64,000 nucleotides of DNA from Mobula hypostoma (GCF_963921235.1 NC_086097.1:165666001-165730000); one strand, 5' to 3'; positions 1 through 13,244 are shown, counted from the stretch's first letter. A program made the numbers and translations. Notes: a model not told the origin generated them from the sequence alone.

Positions 1-764
1 TTGAGTATTTCCAGTATTTTCTGTTTTTTTTGATTCTATAGAAAAATATCCATGTGTGAATATAGCTGGGGATACTTTCAGGTCTACATTACCTGCTTAT
101 CTATTCACAGGTGAACGTAATACTCACTCAATTGGTATACAGCTTCAGGCTCTGGCAGATGCTGCCTGCAGATTTTTTCATTGCAATGATGATGCGGGTG
201 CATAATGAAGAAAAGTGAGGTTGTGATGGAGATATTCATATTTATGTAGTCTGGAGGAACAAGAACAGCTCAGTAGTAAAGAGTGTGAATGCCTAGATTT
301 CGTTTAGAAAAGGGATCTACAATACACTTACTGGAACCAACAAATGCACAGGTTGCGTTAGATTTGGTTGGGATTGAGAAGCAAAAGAAGAATTAGAAGC
401 AAAGCTTTAAGTTTAAGGTGAATTGAATTTGATGAAGAGATTGGGAATGAATTATATCCATTTTCCAGAATCTGCATGTTGTATCGAGGCCAACAAACAT
501 TGCCATTGTCTAACTCTCCTTAAGAAGGTGTTGATGAGCTGCCTTTTTGATTAAGATAATCTCACAATGATGTGGATAGGCTGTTCATAATTTAGATCTA
601 GTGAAAATAAAGAACTAGTGATATATTTCCAGATTGAATGGCGTGTGACTTGTAAGGGAACTGCAGGTGGTGATATTTCCTCCTGCCGTGACTGCTGAAG
701 TGACTACGACAAACAGAACTGGACTTTTTCTCATTTATTTATTTGTGAAAATATGGACAGCACT

Positions 765-851
765 GGCATTTATTATTTTGGTAGAGTTATATAGTACAGA
801 GATGGGCATTTATTATTTTGGTAGAGTTAGATAGTACAGAGATGGGCATTT
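765..851. repeat. 40-bp tandem duplication (2 units plus a partial unit)
   Basis: GGCATTTATTATTTTGGTAGAGTTA(T/G)ATAGTACAGAGATG at 765-804 and 805-844, one mismatch. Confidence 0.9.
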
Positions 852-3382
852 GGGTGAGCTTGCCTATGCTGACCCTAATGCCCACTATTGTACCACTTTC
901 TCTGGCAGCTCATTCCAAATAACCACCTGCTTCCATGTGAAAAACCTGCCCAAAGCTCTCCTTTAAATTTCACCCCCACACCCCTACGCTCTCTAGTTCC
1001 AGATTCCATCACCCTAGCATAAAGACTCTGACTCTCTATCCTCTCTGTGCTCCTCATAATTTTAAGTTCGTTTACTGTTATAGGCAACTGTATATACACA
1101 GGATATACAATAGATGCCATCAACGTGACCTTTTTTTGCAGTACTATCTATTACAAACATGACAAACATAAATTAACATAAACTTAAATTAGCATAAATT
1201 AAACATAACACACAGCAAAATAAATATAATGACATTATTATTAGTTGTGAGAGAGGAAAAAAAGGTATGTTTTATAAGCTTCTGTAAGGTCGGTGCTCAG
1301 CCTTCGACATTCCGGTGGGAATAATCCCATCCTTACAAGTAAGTCTAGGCAAAATTCCAGTGAGTCACTTCCACACTTTTTCTAAAGCTATCTCATCCTT
1401 CCTGTAGCATGGTGATTGGAAATGTGCCCTGACCAATGTTTAGTAATGCTGCACTACGGCATTCCAACTCTGTGCCTCAGCCTGTGAAGGTAAGCAGACC
1501 AAATTTCTTCTTCATTACCCTATCCAATTTGGTTGAAAAGCCTACCTAAGCTGGATAGCAAAGACTCAGCCACAATGGTGGGTCCAGAGTCACCTCTAGG
1601 CCAGGCTGGGTAAGGATGTCAGATCTCCTTCCCCGAAGGAGACCCGAGTGTCATATAAAGTCACTGAGCAATACAGCATAGATAAAGGCCCTTCAGCCCA
1701 ATGAGTCCACGCTGACCATGTTGTCCACCTAGCTAGTCCCATTTTCTTGGATTTGGCCCAGACTCCAGGCTCCTACCTGTCGAAATACTTCTTATACGAT
1801 GCTATTGTACCTACCTCAGCCACTTCCTCTGGCAGCTCATTCTACATGCACACCACCTTCGGCATGAAAAGTTTATCTTCCCAGATCTTTCCCCTCTCAC
1901 CTTATATCTATGCCCTCTAGTTTAAGATTCCCTTACTCTGGGGAAAAGACTGTTACTGTCGTTTGGTTATAAAGGACATTGCTGTAGTTCCATGGCTACA
2001 ATTGCTGAAGCAAGCTTTTTTTTAAATGATTTATTTAATTATCCATCTTAAACTCTGAACTCTCTTGATAGGATTCAAATTCATGACTCTGAATCAATGT
2101 TTCCAATGCCAATGACTGCTAATCCACTGACGTAAGTTAATAAGTTAGCTTGCAGGAAGTCCTGTGACCTGAAATATGAACCCACTTTTCTTTCCACATT
2201 TGCTGGTGGACCGGTTTTCTTCATTCTGTAGTTTTATTATAAAGGGATTTAAGAGCAGCACATGTACATTATCAGGTAATTTGCAATTTAGAAAGCTAAG
2301 TAAGTTGTGCCTGGTGGAGAAGAAAGTACAAAGAGAATTAGGGAAAAATAAATACTCAATATGAATCTACTATTGTATGAATTGTATATGTGTATAAATA
2401 AATTATATACAGGTATATAGAAATACTTTTGTTTTATCTACCTGCCTATTACACAAAGTATTCCCTGACAATTTGGTTTATTTTTAACTGAAGCTTATTA
2501 TTCAAAATAGAAAACCTTATATTCAGTTTAGATAGGTGACAGTATGACAGGAGGATAATTTGTAGTCCTGAATAATTATGATAAAAAGTGAACCAATTTC
2601 TATAATTTTGGTTCATTACAAAGTTGAACACTTTCCATCTTACTGAAAAATTTAAGTTACTGAAAATTTGTTCATTAAGAAGAAATAAAAGCCACATTTT
2701 TGGTAAAACGGTTAAAAGCTGTTGGCAAAGAACAAGTATGTAATACTGTTAAAGCCATACTATTTTAAATGCATCAGAATTAATGTGCTAGGCTCAGTAT
2801 ACATGTCAGTACTAGGCATATAAACAAAAATCCTGTAATTATAATGCAAAATAGTTACCATTACATTCACTTTTGCATTTGTTTTACGTGTAATTTCTTC
2901 ATTATTATTGATTGACAAAAGGAAGAAACATTTAAAGAAACAGGCAGCAAAACAGGACATTTTAGGCTTTTAACAAAATACTCACTGTCCCCAAGTTCTT
3001 TTTTATTCTTCAGAGAGAGAAACAAGGTTCATATTCAGGCCAATGAACTTCCATAATGGTATCAAGCTCAAAAGTTAACCTTGTGTTTCTCTGCTCAGAA
3101 TTTGCCTGGCCTGCTGAATACCGACGTCTTCTATTTCTGCATTAATATCCTGAGTATCTTGCTTTGGCTTATTTTTTTTCTACATACTGTGTGAGTTACA
3201 AATGTATTAATAGCCCTGTTGGATCTTGGTGTTCAAGTTTCATCCCAAAGACAACAACACTGAGAGATGCTGCACTGTTAAACCAAAAAGTTAATGTCAG
3301 TATGTTGAAGAACATTTATACTGTGAGAAACATCATTAAAACTGATTATCTTATCATTACTATATTGTGGTAGGAAGAAATG

Positions 3383-3960
3383 TACCTTCAGTGGTCACTT
3401 TATTAGGTGTATCTGCACACTTCCTTGTTAATGTGAATATTTAATCAGCCAATCATGTGGCAGCACCTCAATGCATAAAAGTATGCAAGCATGGTCAAGA
3501 GGTTTAGTTGCTGTCCAGAATAAACGTCAGAGTGGGAAGGAAATGTGACTTAAGTAACTTAGACCATAGAATGATTGTTGGTGCCAGAGGCTGGTTTGAG
3601 TATCTCAGAAACTGCTGATCTCCTTGGATTTTCAAGCACAACAATATCTAGATTCAGAAGTTACAGAGAATGGTGCAAAAAACAAAAAAAAAATCAATAA
3701 ATTGCAGTTCTGCTGGCAAAAATATCTTGTTAATTAGGGAGGTCAGAGGAGAATGGGCAAACTGGTTCAAGCTGACAGGAAGGCGACAGTAACTCAAATA
3801 ACCACACATTACTACAAGTGGTGTGCAGAAGAGTATCTCTGAATACACAACACATCAAACCGTAACGTGGATGGGCTACAGCAGCAGAAGACCACAAACG
3901 TACACTCAGTGACCACTTTGTTAGGTACAGGAGGTACCTAATAATGTGCCCACTGAGTGT
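3383..3960 (+). mobile_element. Tc1-like non-autonomous DNA transposon
   Basis: TIR-like (CACT)CAGTGGYCACTTTATTAGGT at the left end and its inverse at 3934-3959. Internal frameshifted remnant of the Tc1 HTH region (MIVGAR..SISETADLLGFS..TISR.YREW). Confidence 0.75.
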
Positions 3961-4727
3961 GCTCTGCCCATTTGGCTGTCAGGTGTCCTGTATCATAAAT
4001 TTTCAGAGTACAAAATTTGATATCAAGCACTCTGGAACATTTTAAGCTTCTGTATAACTCCATGCTGTTCCTTTGAATGTGTTGACTTATTACACTTCAT
4101 TCTGAAATACATAACCTCACACTTCTCTACATTAAATTGGATTTACTATCTCTTTTCCTTTTTTATTTATCAGCCCAAATTCCCTAAGAAACATTTAAGT
4201 GTCAATGTGGGGTTTATATTGCCCATTGTAACCGCATAGGTTTTCATTTCATCCTCTAGTTTCCTTGAACGTCCCAGTGCTGTGCTGGCTGGCCAGCTAA
4301 TTGGCCACTGTAAATTACAGCATTTTGTGGATGCCACATTACATTGGCACAAAATGAGGAATGCCAATATTTAAATACCTTCTGTTTTCATCCAATACCA
4401 CTACTGCTGTCTCTGTCACTGCTTAATTTGCAGCATCTAATTCTCCAAATGAACACTCTCTTCCATTGACTACTCTCTTAATATTAATGTCAGTCCAGTA
4501 GGGACCAACTGAATGAAAATTTATGTTAACCTTATTGAACACCTGGAACCTGGGAGATCTGAACTAAGATAATCAGGTTCTGATGTTGTTTCTAGCATCT
4601 GTCCAGTCCCATGTTTGATGGTAGTATGGTGCTGTGAAGCTCTGAGGACTATTATCCTGGATGTAAAACATAAGCAATCCAGGCAGTGTAAAGAAACTGT
4701 TTCTGACATCTCACTGCTTTTTCCTCA

Positions 4728-5187
4728 GATCAAGATCTGTGTGTAGACAACATTGGATCCAGTTTTACTTGTGGAAGGACATTACACCTGCTTTTTTCCA
4801 TTGTTCCCAAGTTGATCCCAGGTAAGGACTATGAAATTGTGTAACATTTTTTGATCCCCCCCCCTGCATTGTGCACAATGCAAAGTCAAGTCAGAGATTG
4901 TGTTTTGTTTGGGAAGACAAAATATTTGGTCAATTATATCAATTGGAAATTAACATCATGAGAAGGTTATAGGAGGCATTATTTTATGAACTAAAAATGC
5001 TAAAATCTCAAATGATATCAGTATATGACTTCGCATTGCGCACAATGGAGGGGGGGGGGATCAAAAAGAGTTACACAATTTCTTAGTCCTTACCTGGGAT
5101 CAACTTGGGAACAATGGAAAAAAGTAGGTTTAATGTCCTTCCACAAGTAAAACTGGATCCAATTTTGTCTACACACAGGTCTTGATC
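4728..5187. repeat. Long inverted repeat, ~161-bp arms, 137-bp spacer
   Basis: 4728-4888 is the reverse complement of 5026-5187 with about 11 differences counted by eye. Confidence 0.9.
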
Positions 5188-5336
5188 AATTGTTCAATGA
5201 TATTTGTCATCACTTGACAAATCCTAACTACCGTAATGACTGTTAAGAAATATTAGGTTTTAATTCAAGTTCTCCTTTCCTTTGGGCATTGATCTTCATT
5301 GTGTCCAGTGCCCTAGCTGCCATGGCTTATATCAAA

Positions 5337-5680
5337 CTCAAAGTCAAAGTCAAGCTTATTGTCATATGCACAACTATGTGTTATGTACAGGTGCAATGAA
5401 AAACCTAACTGCAGCAGCACAATCAGGAAAACCATAAATTAAACATAAATTTTACTCAATTTTTACAAGAAGGAACAAAGCTAGAACAAGGAAAACGAAA
5501 ACAAAGTCCATTTTTGTGTGAAGTGACTGAAACAGTATTGAGGTCATGATTAGTTGTGCAGCTTGCTTCAAGAACTGAATGGTTGAAGGGAAGTAGCTGT
5601 TTTTGAACCTGGTGGTCTGGGGCCTCAGGCTTTTGTATCTCCTGCCTGGTGGTAGCCGTAAAAAGATGTTGCATAATGCA
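5337..5680 (-). mobile_element. Rex1/Babar-type LINE 3' fragment
   Basis: Minus-strand LPPGRRYKSL..TTRFKNSYFPSTI C-terminal motif shared with other copies in the window; short tandem tail (CAAAGT)n. Confidence 0.6.
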
Positions 5681-6396
5681 AGTCTACAATCCTTCCTAAT
5701 TCTTATAACCTGAAGTGGTTGGAGTATGTTGAAATACTGAGCAACATTTGCAGTGGGTGTATCAACTTGTTTATAGTTTTCATTGAACTCCAAGATGTAA
5801 TTGGGGAAGAATGGTACATTGCACAAAACTTGCTATTACGAAAGATCATGGAGCATTAGTGTAGGCATCACTTGTTTTCAGATTTGATGCAGTGTGACGA
5901 GGGCTGCAGCTACAGTTGCTCTTTATAAGGCAGCATTTTGATGCATTGCAAACCATGTTAATATTGGGTGACCTTGAATGACAAATGAAACCTTATTGCA
6001 CCAAGTGTGGGAATGGGTCGTCCTAATTGCAACTATATAATGATAAGTTGAAGGGTTTTGACCCAAAACGTGGACTCTGCTTTTTTTCCATAGATGTTGC
6101 CTGGCCTGCTGAGTTCCTCCAGCATTTTGAGTGGGGTACATATTGATAAGGGTTGTTTCAATGTTTCCTTTCTGTTGCACCAGATGAAAGAGCCTATGGA
6201 GAAGATTGGTGTACAATCAATTTCTGCATCCTAATATGCATTTTTTCAGTTGCCTTTCTCATTATTACTTTCTGTATTTTCCTCTTTAATCCACTATATC
6301 TGCATATTTTCTCTTTCTCAGTAATTTTTTTCATTTCTGCAAGATCCTTTTGGGATTTAGGGCCCCATCAATTGTTCCACCTGAGAATCGCTATAT

Positions 6397-6956
6397 TGGC
6401 CGGGGGTGGTAGTGGGGATAAGCTCCCACTACCTATAAAGTGCTCCAAATGACATGCAACTCTAACAGTCTCTGACAACCAAGTCCAACTCTTGGCCTTC
6501 ATATGTGGCCTAGCTACTAGGCCCAGCAGAACTGTTTTTACTGACATGAGAAGGGGCACTGGCGCCTCAAAAGCAGTTGCATCGGGCAGGTGGGGCTCAT
6601 CAGCCTTAGATGGCAGCCCACCTAGGAGAAGGAAAACTGATTTTAAACCTCCGCTGCCTTGCGGCCATACTCACCCATGGGAAAGGCTTCAGCAGTAAAC
6701 CCGGAGGAAGAAATCTGGAGCTGGGGTCCCTAAGGCAGTTTGATGTTGTTTTACAACTTCACTCTGGCAACCTCTGTGACAACACTGATCCCAAACTGTA
6801 TTAGTACTTGCCCTTGTCGTGGAGAGGGGGAGCCCACTGCATGGGCAACAGCCGGTTCTTCAAATCTTTCCGCCCAGGCTTGCGCCCTGAAGAGAACACT
6901 GTCTGCCAGAGGAGCAAACACATTATCTCCTGGGATCGACGGCTGCCTACTGCCTA
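6397..6956 (+). mobile_element. Non-autonomous RTE-related retroelement (GC-richer, structured)
   Basis: Contains CTAGGAGAAGGAAAACTGATTTTAAACC, resembling RTE 5' UTR motifs. Ends in the short tandem TGCCTAC-TGCCTA. No RT ORF. Confidence 0.45.
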
Positions 6957-7344
6957 GATTGACACATGAGTGTGCTGGAAATGGAAGGATATGGATGCTG
7001 TTCAGGGGGGAGAGCTTCAGTTCAATTTAGGATCATGTTCAGCATTGGGTGAAGGGCCATTTACTGTGCTGTATTATTCAATATTCTATCTTCTATATTC
7101 ATCCAAGATATTGTTCCTTCTGCCTATAAGCAGCACCAGATGAAAGCCTTTAAATCTGAAATCAAATTGAAGTTGAATTTATTGTTCTATGTCTGGACTA
7201 GTACCTGTACACGCATATGCAATTATAAAACACACTTGCAGCGGTATTATAGGCACTTAACATCATATTAAGCAGCATTCAGAAGAAAATATAAACATAA
7301 ATTATGTACAATTTTTACGAGAAGAACACAATTAGAACATCAAA

Positions 7345-7730
7345 ACACTCACAAAATGGTGGAGGAACTGAGCAGGACAGGCAGGCCACATCTAATCAGG
7401 GAGAACGGTTGATGTTTTGGGCTGAGATCCTCCTGATGAAGGGTCACAGCCCGAAGTATTGACTGTTTATCTCCCTTCATTGATGGTGCCTAACCTGCTG
7501 AGTTCCTCAGAAGGCGGGGGAGGGCAAGGAGGAGTGTAAGCTAGTAGGTGATAGGTGGGGTTAAAGGTGGACGGGGAGGGGCGATGGAAGCTAGGAGGTA
7601 ATGGGTGGAAGAGGTAAAGGGATGAAGGAGGAGGAATTTGATTGGAGAGGACAGTGGACCAAGTAATAAAGACAAGGAAGCGGGGAACCAGAAAGAGGTG
7701 ATGGACAAGTTTTAAGGGTGGAGGGAAAGG
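7345..7730. mobile_element. Degenerate Penelope-like terminal-repeat palindrome plus purine-rich 3' UTR fragment
   Basis: Inverted pLTR halves meet at ~7430; degenerate core CCTGATGAAGGG..CCCGAAG. Confidence 0.6.
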
Positions 7731-8149
7731 ATTTTCTGTCTGTATCAGTCACCCATCTGTGATAGTGGTTTAGCTCCCCCGCCCCTTTCTATTTTGTCTC
7801 TGGGAGTGCAGATTTGTCTTCCTGCTCCTACAATTTTTTTTGTCAATATTCTCAGTCACTGACCAGATAGACTTATCCTCATGGCCACCCTGGTGATATC
7901 TTATGGTAGAGATCCGCCACCCCACCCTCCTAGAGCCCGATCAAGCTTCTTTCGTCCCCTTCCCAATCCTGGGGTAAGGTCTTCGTCCTGAAACGTTGCT
8001 TCAGTTTCTCTTTGCACAGATGTGGCCTGACCTGCTGAATATGCTTTCTGTTTTATTTTGGGTATCCAACAACTGCAATTTTTGAAAGTTTCACTCCTTT
8101 GACTCTTTTTGGTCTGAAGGAAAGAAATTTAAGGTTTCTCTTTCTTTAC

Positions 8150-8562
8150 ACTCCGACCATCCCAACTCGGTCATTGTGGGGTAAATTACATCTGAACATT
8201 TGGTCTTTCGACGTCTATAGTTCGTGCGCTTATAGCTGAAAGCAAATTTAATTTAAAACGGTTGTTGGGACGAGTGGATGCGCATAATTTATTTATTTAT
8301 ATAGCTGTACGTAAATAAGTTTTCTTGCAGTTTATGTCTTCTACCGAACATAACTGATTTAAGAGAGTAAGAAAGTGGCCGCTGTTGTAGTACCACGTGA
8401 CCGTTGGCTGATGAGAGTTATTGCAGAGCAATTTCCGTTCGCTGTGAGGAAACTAGTTGGTTGGAGGGTGAGAGGAGGTTAGCTTCGCAGACAACGCACA
8501 TTGATACATGAACTGTGAAGACCAGATTGCTAAGAGCATGACATAAGTATCATAGATCGAAA
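8150..8562 (+). promoter_or_regulatory. Probable RAB31 promoter / 5' UTR
   Basis: Non-repetitive, locally CpG-richer sequence upstream of the ATG. E-box CCACGTGAC 8393-8401, ETS-like TTCCG ~8433, YY1-like AAAATGGC over the start codon. TSS not known. Confidence 0.55.
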
Positions 8563-8598
8563 ATGGCAATAAGAGAATTAAAAATCTGCCTCCTTGGG
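8563..8598 (+). CDS. RAB31: Ras-related protein Rab-31, coding exon 1 (MAIRELKICLLG)
   Basis: Matches the Rab31/Rab22 N-terminus; strong ATG context; GG|GTAAGT donor at 8599, phase 0. Confidence 0.93.
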
Positions 8599-9694
8599 GT
8601 AAGTAAGATTAATAGAATTGATTCCCACTTTTATGTGGAATTTTTTTTTAAGAACGTATCCCTCTTGCTGGTTGCTGGCTGTGGGGAATCGTCCGGTAGA
8701 GGTTTAATGTGTTTATATCTTCAGTGTTTCTTTGTGCAATCTCTGTGATCTTTGCCTCTCCTTGTTGTGCTTTAGAGCTATCCGAGCCTGTATTTCTCCA
8801 AGATCCGTCCGTTCCCTGCTTTCAAAGACTCCATCTGGCTGCGTACCGCTTGTTGCAATTGGAGAGCCTGCTTGAGTTCAGGAATGTGGAGTCTCCAAGG
8901 AGGCATTCCACAGTCATTTTCTGCAGCATCAGCTCTTGAAAACAGCCAGTTTCCTGTCTTTTCAAAATTATTTTCCTTCATTTCTTCTAGAAAAAGTTAG
9001 TAAAATCTGATATTTCAAAGTTCCTATAAAAAAAACTTCCTCTTCTGCTAACCTATCCAGATGGAATTACTGGCTTCTTGTCACGCAGTCACTTGGTTCA
9101 ATGCCATTTCTGCTCTGGTGCAACAGAACTCCTTTACCTGAACATCGCAATGCAGCAGTACTGAAACTAAATTATTTGTGTGGTTGTGTTTGTTGGGAGT
9201 GGGGGTGGTGCTGGTTGGATGAGCCCAAAGTATGTGGACCAATACCATGGTTCTGGACCATAGATCTAGGCAGCTGGAGAATTTAAATTTACTTAATGAC
9301 ATAAGTCTGGAATTTTGAAACAAAAAAACTTTTCCCAGTAATGATAAACATGAACATACTGTATTGTTTAAACTCCTGCTTGGTTCACCATGTTCCTTGG
9401 GAGTTGATTGGCAGTGCCCACACCTTTACTCTGCAAGTGACTCCAGACCCATCAATGTGGTTGACCCATAAGACCATAAGAAATAGGAGTAGAAATAGGC
9501 CATTTGGCCCATCAAGTCTGCTCCACCGCTCGATCTTGGCTGTTTTATTATCCCTCTCAACACCATTCTTCTGCCTCATCAGTCCAGTGGTAATTGGGGA
9601 TGGGCAACAAACCAATGGCATTGCCAGTGATCATTGCATTCTGTGAATGTATAAAAGGGGCAAAAAAGTTGAACATGAAAAAACCCCTGTGAAA

Positions 9695-10015
9695 ATATTC
9701 CCCACCTTGATCACCGAGCACACTAAAATTAGTGGTTTCATAGACAGTGAAGAAGGCTATTAAGAATTGCAGTGGGATTTTGATCAGCTGGTGGAGTGGG
9801 CTGCAGAATTGCAGATGGAGTTTAATCTAGCAAAGCATGAAGTATTGCATTTTTGGAAAGTCAAATCAAGGTAGGACTTTCCCGGTAAAATGTAGAGACC
9901 TAGGGAGTGTTGTAGAATACAGGGACCTCGGAGTTCAGGTACATGGATCCCTGAAAGTAGAGTCACAGATGGACAGGATAGTGACAAAAGCATTTGGTAT
10001 GCTCACCTTCATTAC
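9695..10015 (+). mobile_element. CR1 LINE ORF2 fragment
   Basis: WA..(W)QMEFN..K.EVLHFG and RDLGVQVH.SLKVESQ.DR.V.KA motifs. Confidence 0.7.
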
Positions 10016-10824
10016 ATTCCAAATTGTTTTTTAAAAAAATATTTTTTAAGCACAGACTGTGGTATTTTGCTGCTGACAGTGGTTCTTATTATTGGTCTTG
10101 GTTACCTAGACAACTCCATGTTGTGTGTCCTTGCAGTGCTGTCGCTGTTCATCAATGGAGAGTTTAGTTCTTGTTAGCTGTAAAGGAATTACAAGGTTGA
10201 TGAATCTTGTGCGGTGAGGAAATAAGTAACTTCTTTAATACAAATTATTTCTCCCCATTAAATGTTCCTCAGATTATGCCACCCAGTTAACTGGAGTGAA
10301 TGCTCTACAATGCTAGTCAGTGCACACAAAGGAAATGGATTTGTCTGTTAACTTAACTGACTTATTTATTGTAATGTGGAAGGAAGGTGTGCACCCATCA
10401 GGATCATGCTGAGTGATTCCACATTGGTCCCCTTCTCCCTCCTTATTTCCCTGTTGTTCTTGCAATTTCGTCTCTCCAATCTACCTATCAACTCTCCCTT
10501 GGTTCATCTGCCATTTATCCACATTGTGGCATGACTTCTAATAACTGGTCAAATTAACAGCACATCTTGAAATGTGGGAGGAAAATGAAGTACCCTGTGG
10601 AAGCCATGTGGCTATGGAGAACAGTTAAAACTCCACACAGACAGGATTGGAGGTCATTGTCAAACCTTGGGCTCCGAAACTGTGGGAGGGACATCACAGC
10701 TGACCATCGCCATCAGGCACAATGTGGGCAGCTTTGGCATACAGTTTACTTCTGGATGTGAAGTCAAGATAAATCTGGAACTGTGAGAGAAAAGCCATGA
10801 AGGTCTAACATTTAGCTATAGCTA

Positions 10825-11215
10825 CACTCAGTGGCCACTTTATTAGGTACATCTGTACACCTCATTAGAGAGTTTGATGATCTCAGAAACTGCTGATCTC
10901 CTGGGATTTTCATGCAGAACGGTCTCCAGAGTTTACAGAGAATGGTGTGAAAAACAAAAAAAAAAAATGCCCGGTAGGCAGCAGTTCTGTGGGTGAAAGT
11001 ACCTTGTTAATTAGAGAGATCAGAGAGAATAGCCAGACTGGTTCCAGCTAACAGGAAGGCAACCACGTGTTACGACAATGGTGTAGAAAAGCATCTCTGA
11101 ATGCACAACATGTGGAGAGAAGTGGACGGGCTACAGCAGCAGAAGACTATGAACATACACTCTGGCCACTTCAATGGACACACTCAGTGATTACTTTATC
11201 AGGTGTATGTAATTA
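10825..11215 (+). mobile_element. Second, deleted copy of the Tc1-like element
   Basis: TA-CACTCAGTGGCCACTTTATTAGGTAC left end; body aligns by eye to 3600-3930. Confidence 0.75.
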
Positions 11216-13244
11216 CAACAGAGGTTGGTTCCACCCAATTAAAGTCGAAGTTTATTGTTATATGCACAATTTTATGTACTTACAGATACAATAGAAATCT
11301 TACTTGGAATCTTGAATCATTTTGTTATGATTTAATGAAAAGTCAACCAAAATTTAAAGACTCACAAAACAAAATCAATCCTTTTCTAGTTCCATTTTTA
11401 TTTAATTTTCCTTTACCTCCATTATCTGCCATTCAGTATCTATGATCTCATTGAATGTCAGATCGGACTTGGAGACTGAACACAGGACATGGTACAGACC
11501 CTTTGGCTCATGATGTCTGATGACTACGATGCCAATTAAAACGAATCCTATCTGCTGGCACATGATCTTTATTCTAATTTCCCTGTTTGTTCATGTGTCT
11601 CTCTAAGTACTACTTAAATATATTTATAAAATGTATGTATTAAAAAATAAATAAGCTATTATATCTGCTTCCAGTGTTTTCACCACTTTTTAAATAAAAT
11701 TTGCCTTGTAAATCTCCTTTAAGGTTTCCCCTCTATCTACCCTATCTGCCATTTTCCTGATTCTGTGGTGGTATAATATGCTGATCACAGTGAAGACATC
11801 TGTTTGATGGTGTTGAAATCAAGCCTTGTAGATTGCAACAAAATTCATTTCGTAAGTGTTTTTCCTCATCTCCTGTTCACCCACATCCATTGCGCAGATG
11901 CATGCGTGTGCTAGTGTGCGCACACTTCCTTAGGTTATTTTTGCTTATGTACTCTCCTTGACTGAGTGGTAGCTTTCTTTAGAACTCCTTTATTACTCCC
12001 TGATCATTGTTAAGAAGGCCTGAGTGGTTGTTTTCCCAGATTTTGTAATATCTTTTAAAAATACATCTGCTTCACTGTTGTTTATAAAGTTTGTTGGTGA
12101 GTAGGGGATAGTTAGGATAGTTTATTCTAGTGCACTAAATTTTCATATGCTGGTTCATTCTTATTTGGTATTGGAAGCCAAATTTATTTATTATTTTCCT
12201 TTGTGTATTTATATAAGTATATCCTTTGAAAAGGATATTATTGTAATGTTGAATGAAATACTAGAATTATGGGACTGTGATATAAAGTAACTGGGGTTTT
12301 GTACCTATGGACACCAGATACTTGGGCAGTGTTCAAGAAACAAGGAGAAAATCGTTCTATTAAATAGCAGGGTACTTGATTTAGTCGTTGGTAGTTAAGT
12401 TCCTGTAACAGAAACCAGAATGAAGAACAAATTTATTGTGGGAACAAGAAGGAGGAATTGGTATGAATGTGCTGACCATGGCTTTGATTTTGCATCCACC
12501 TTCTACCAGAGCATGCACTGCTCATCTTGTTATATAACTGTTCTTTGTTTATGGTGATCTTCCTTTTCCTGAAGTCATGGTATTGAAAGGCTACTGCATT
12601 ATGAGCAATGGCCATCTACTACTGTGTAAAGGGGTGGGACAGTGGAGCGGATGTTATGGAGCCAACATTGATTACTGTGCCATAGAAGATGTAGGATTCT
12701 ACTTTTAATGGTAGAGAGAGGGTGCTTAAAGACATGGAAAGTAAGCATCCTTTATCTCAGGAATTAGATGTAAGAAGTGAAGCCATTACCTGCTGTCCTT
12801 TTAAAATGAGTAGCTTGCTATGTTGTTAGGATTTAATTGTATTGGAGGAACCTGGCAAGACCAGGTAAGGAGGGGAAATTTCCATCCCTGAAAAATTAGT
12901 GAACTGGATGAGTTTTTATTGAATTGCTGGAGGAACTCAGTCAGCCAAGCAGCATCTGTGGAGGAAAAGGAATTATCTAGAGTTCCAACCCAAATTGTTG
13001 ATAATTCCTTTCCCTTCACAGATTGAATTGTATTGAACTTCCCGATGGTGTGATTATTTGAAGTCATGACACTTAACCTATACTCTCAGGTTCCAGATAC
13101 TTGTAACTCACTGCTAAGTTCCAATGCCGCTAAGCAACTAAGTGAGGAAATCGTGAACACTTTGGCACACCAACAAGACATGGATTTAGATTGCATCATA
13201 AATGCTCTTTTCAGCATGTATCAAAACACCTTAGAGAAAATGAA

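Noticed and set aside
2200..2990. AT-rich unique stretch as a 3' UTR or exon of a neighbouring gene (minus-strand GTGAGT near 2980)
   Set aside because: No recognisable coding exon or acceptor; the motifs are expected by chance.
8563..8748. 61-aa ORF as a complete protein
   Set aside because: Only the first 12 codons are exon; the rest is read-through past the GTAAGT donor.
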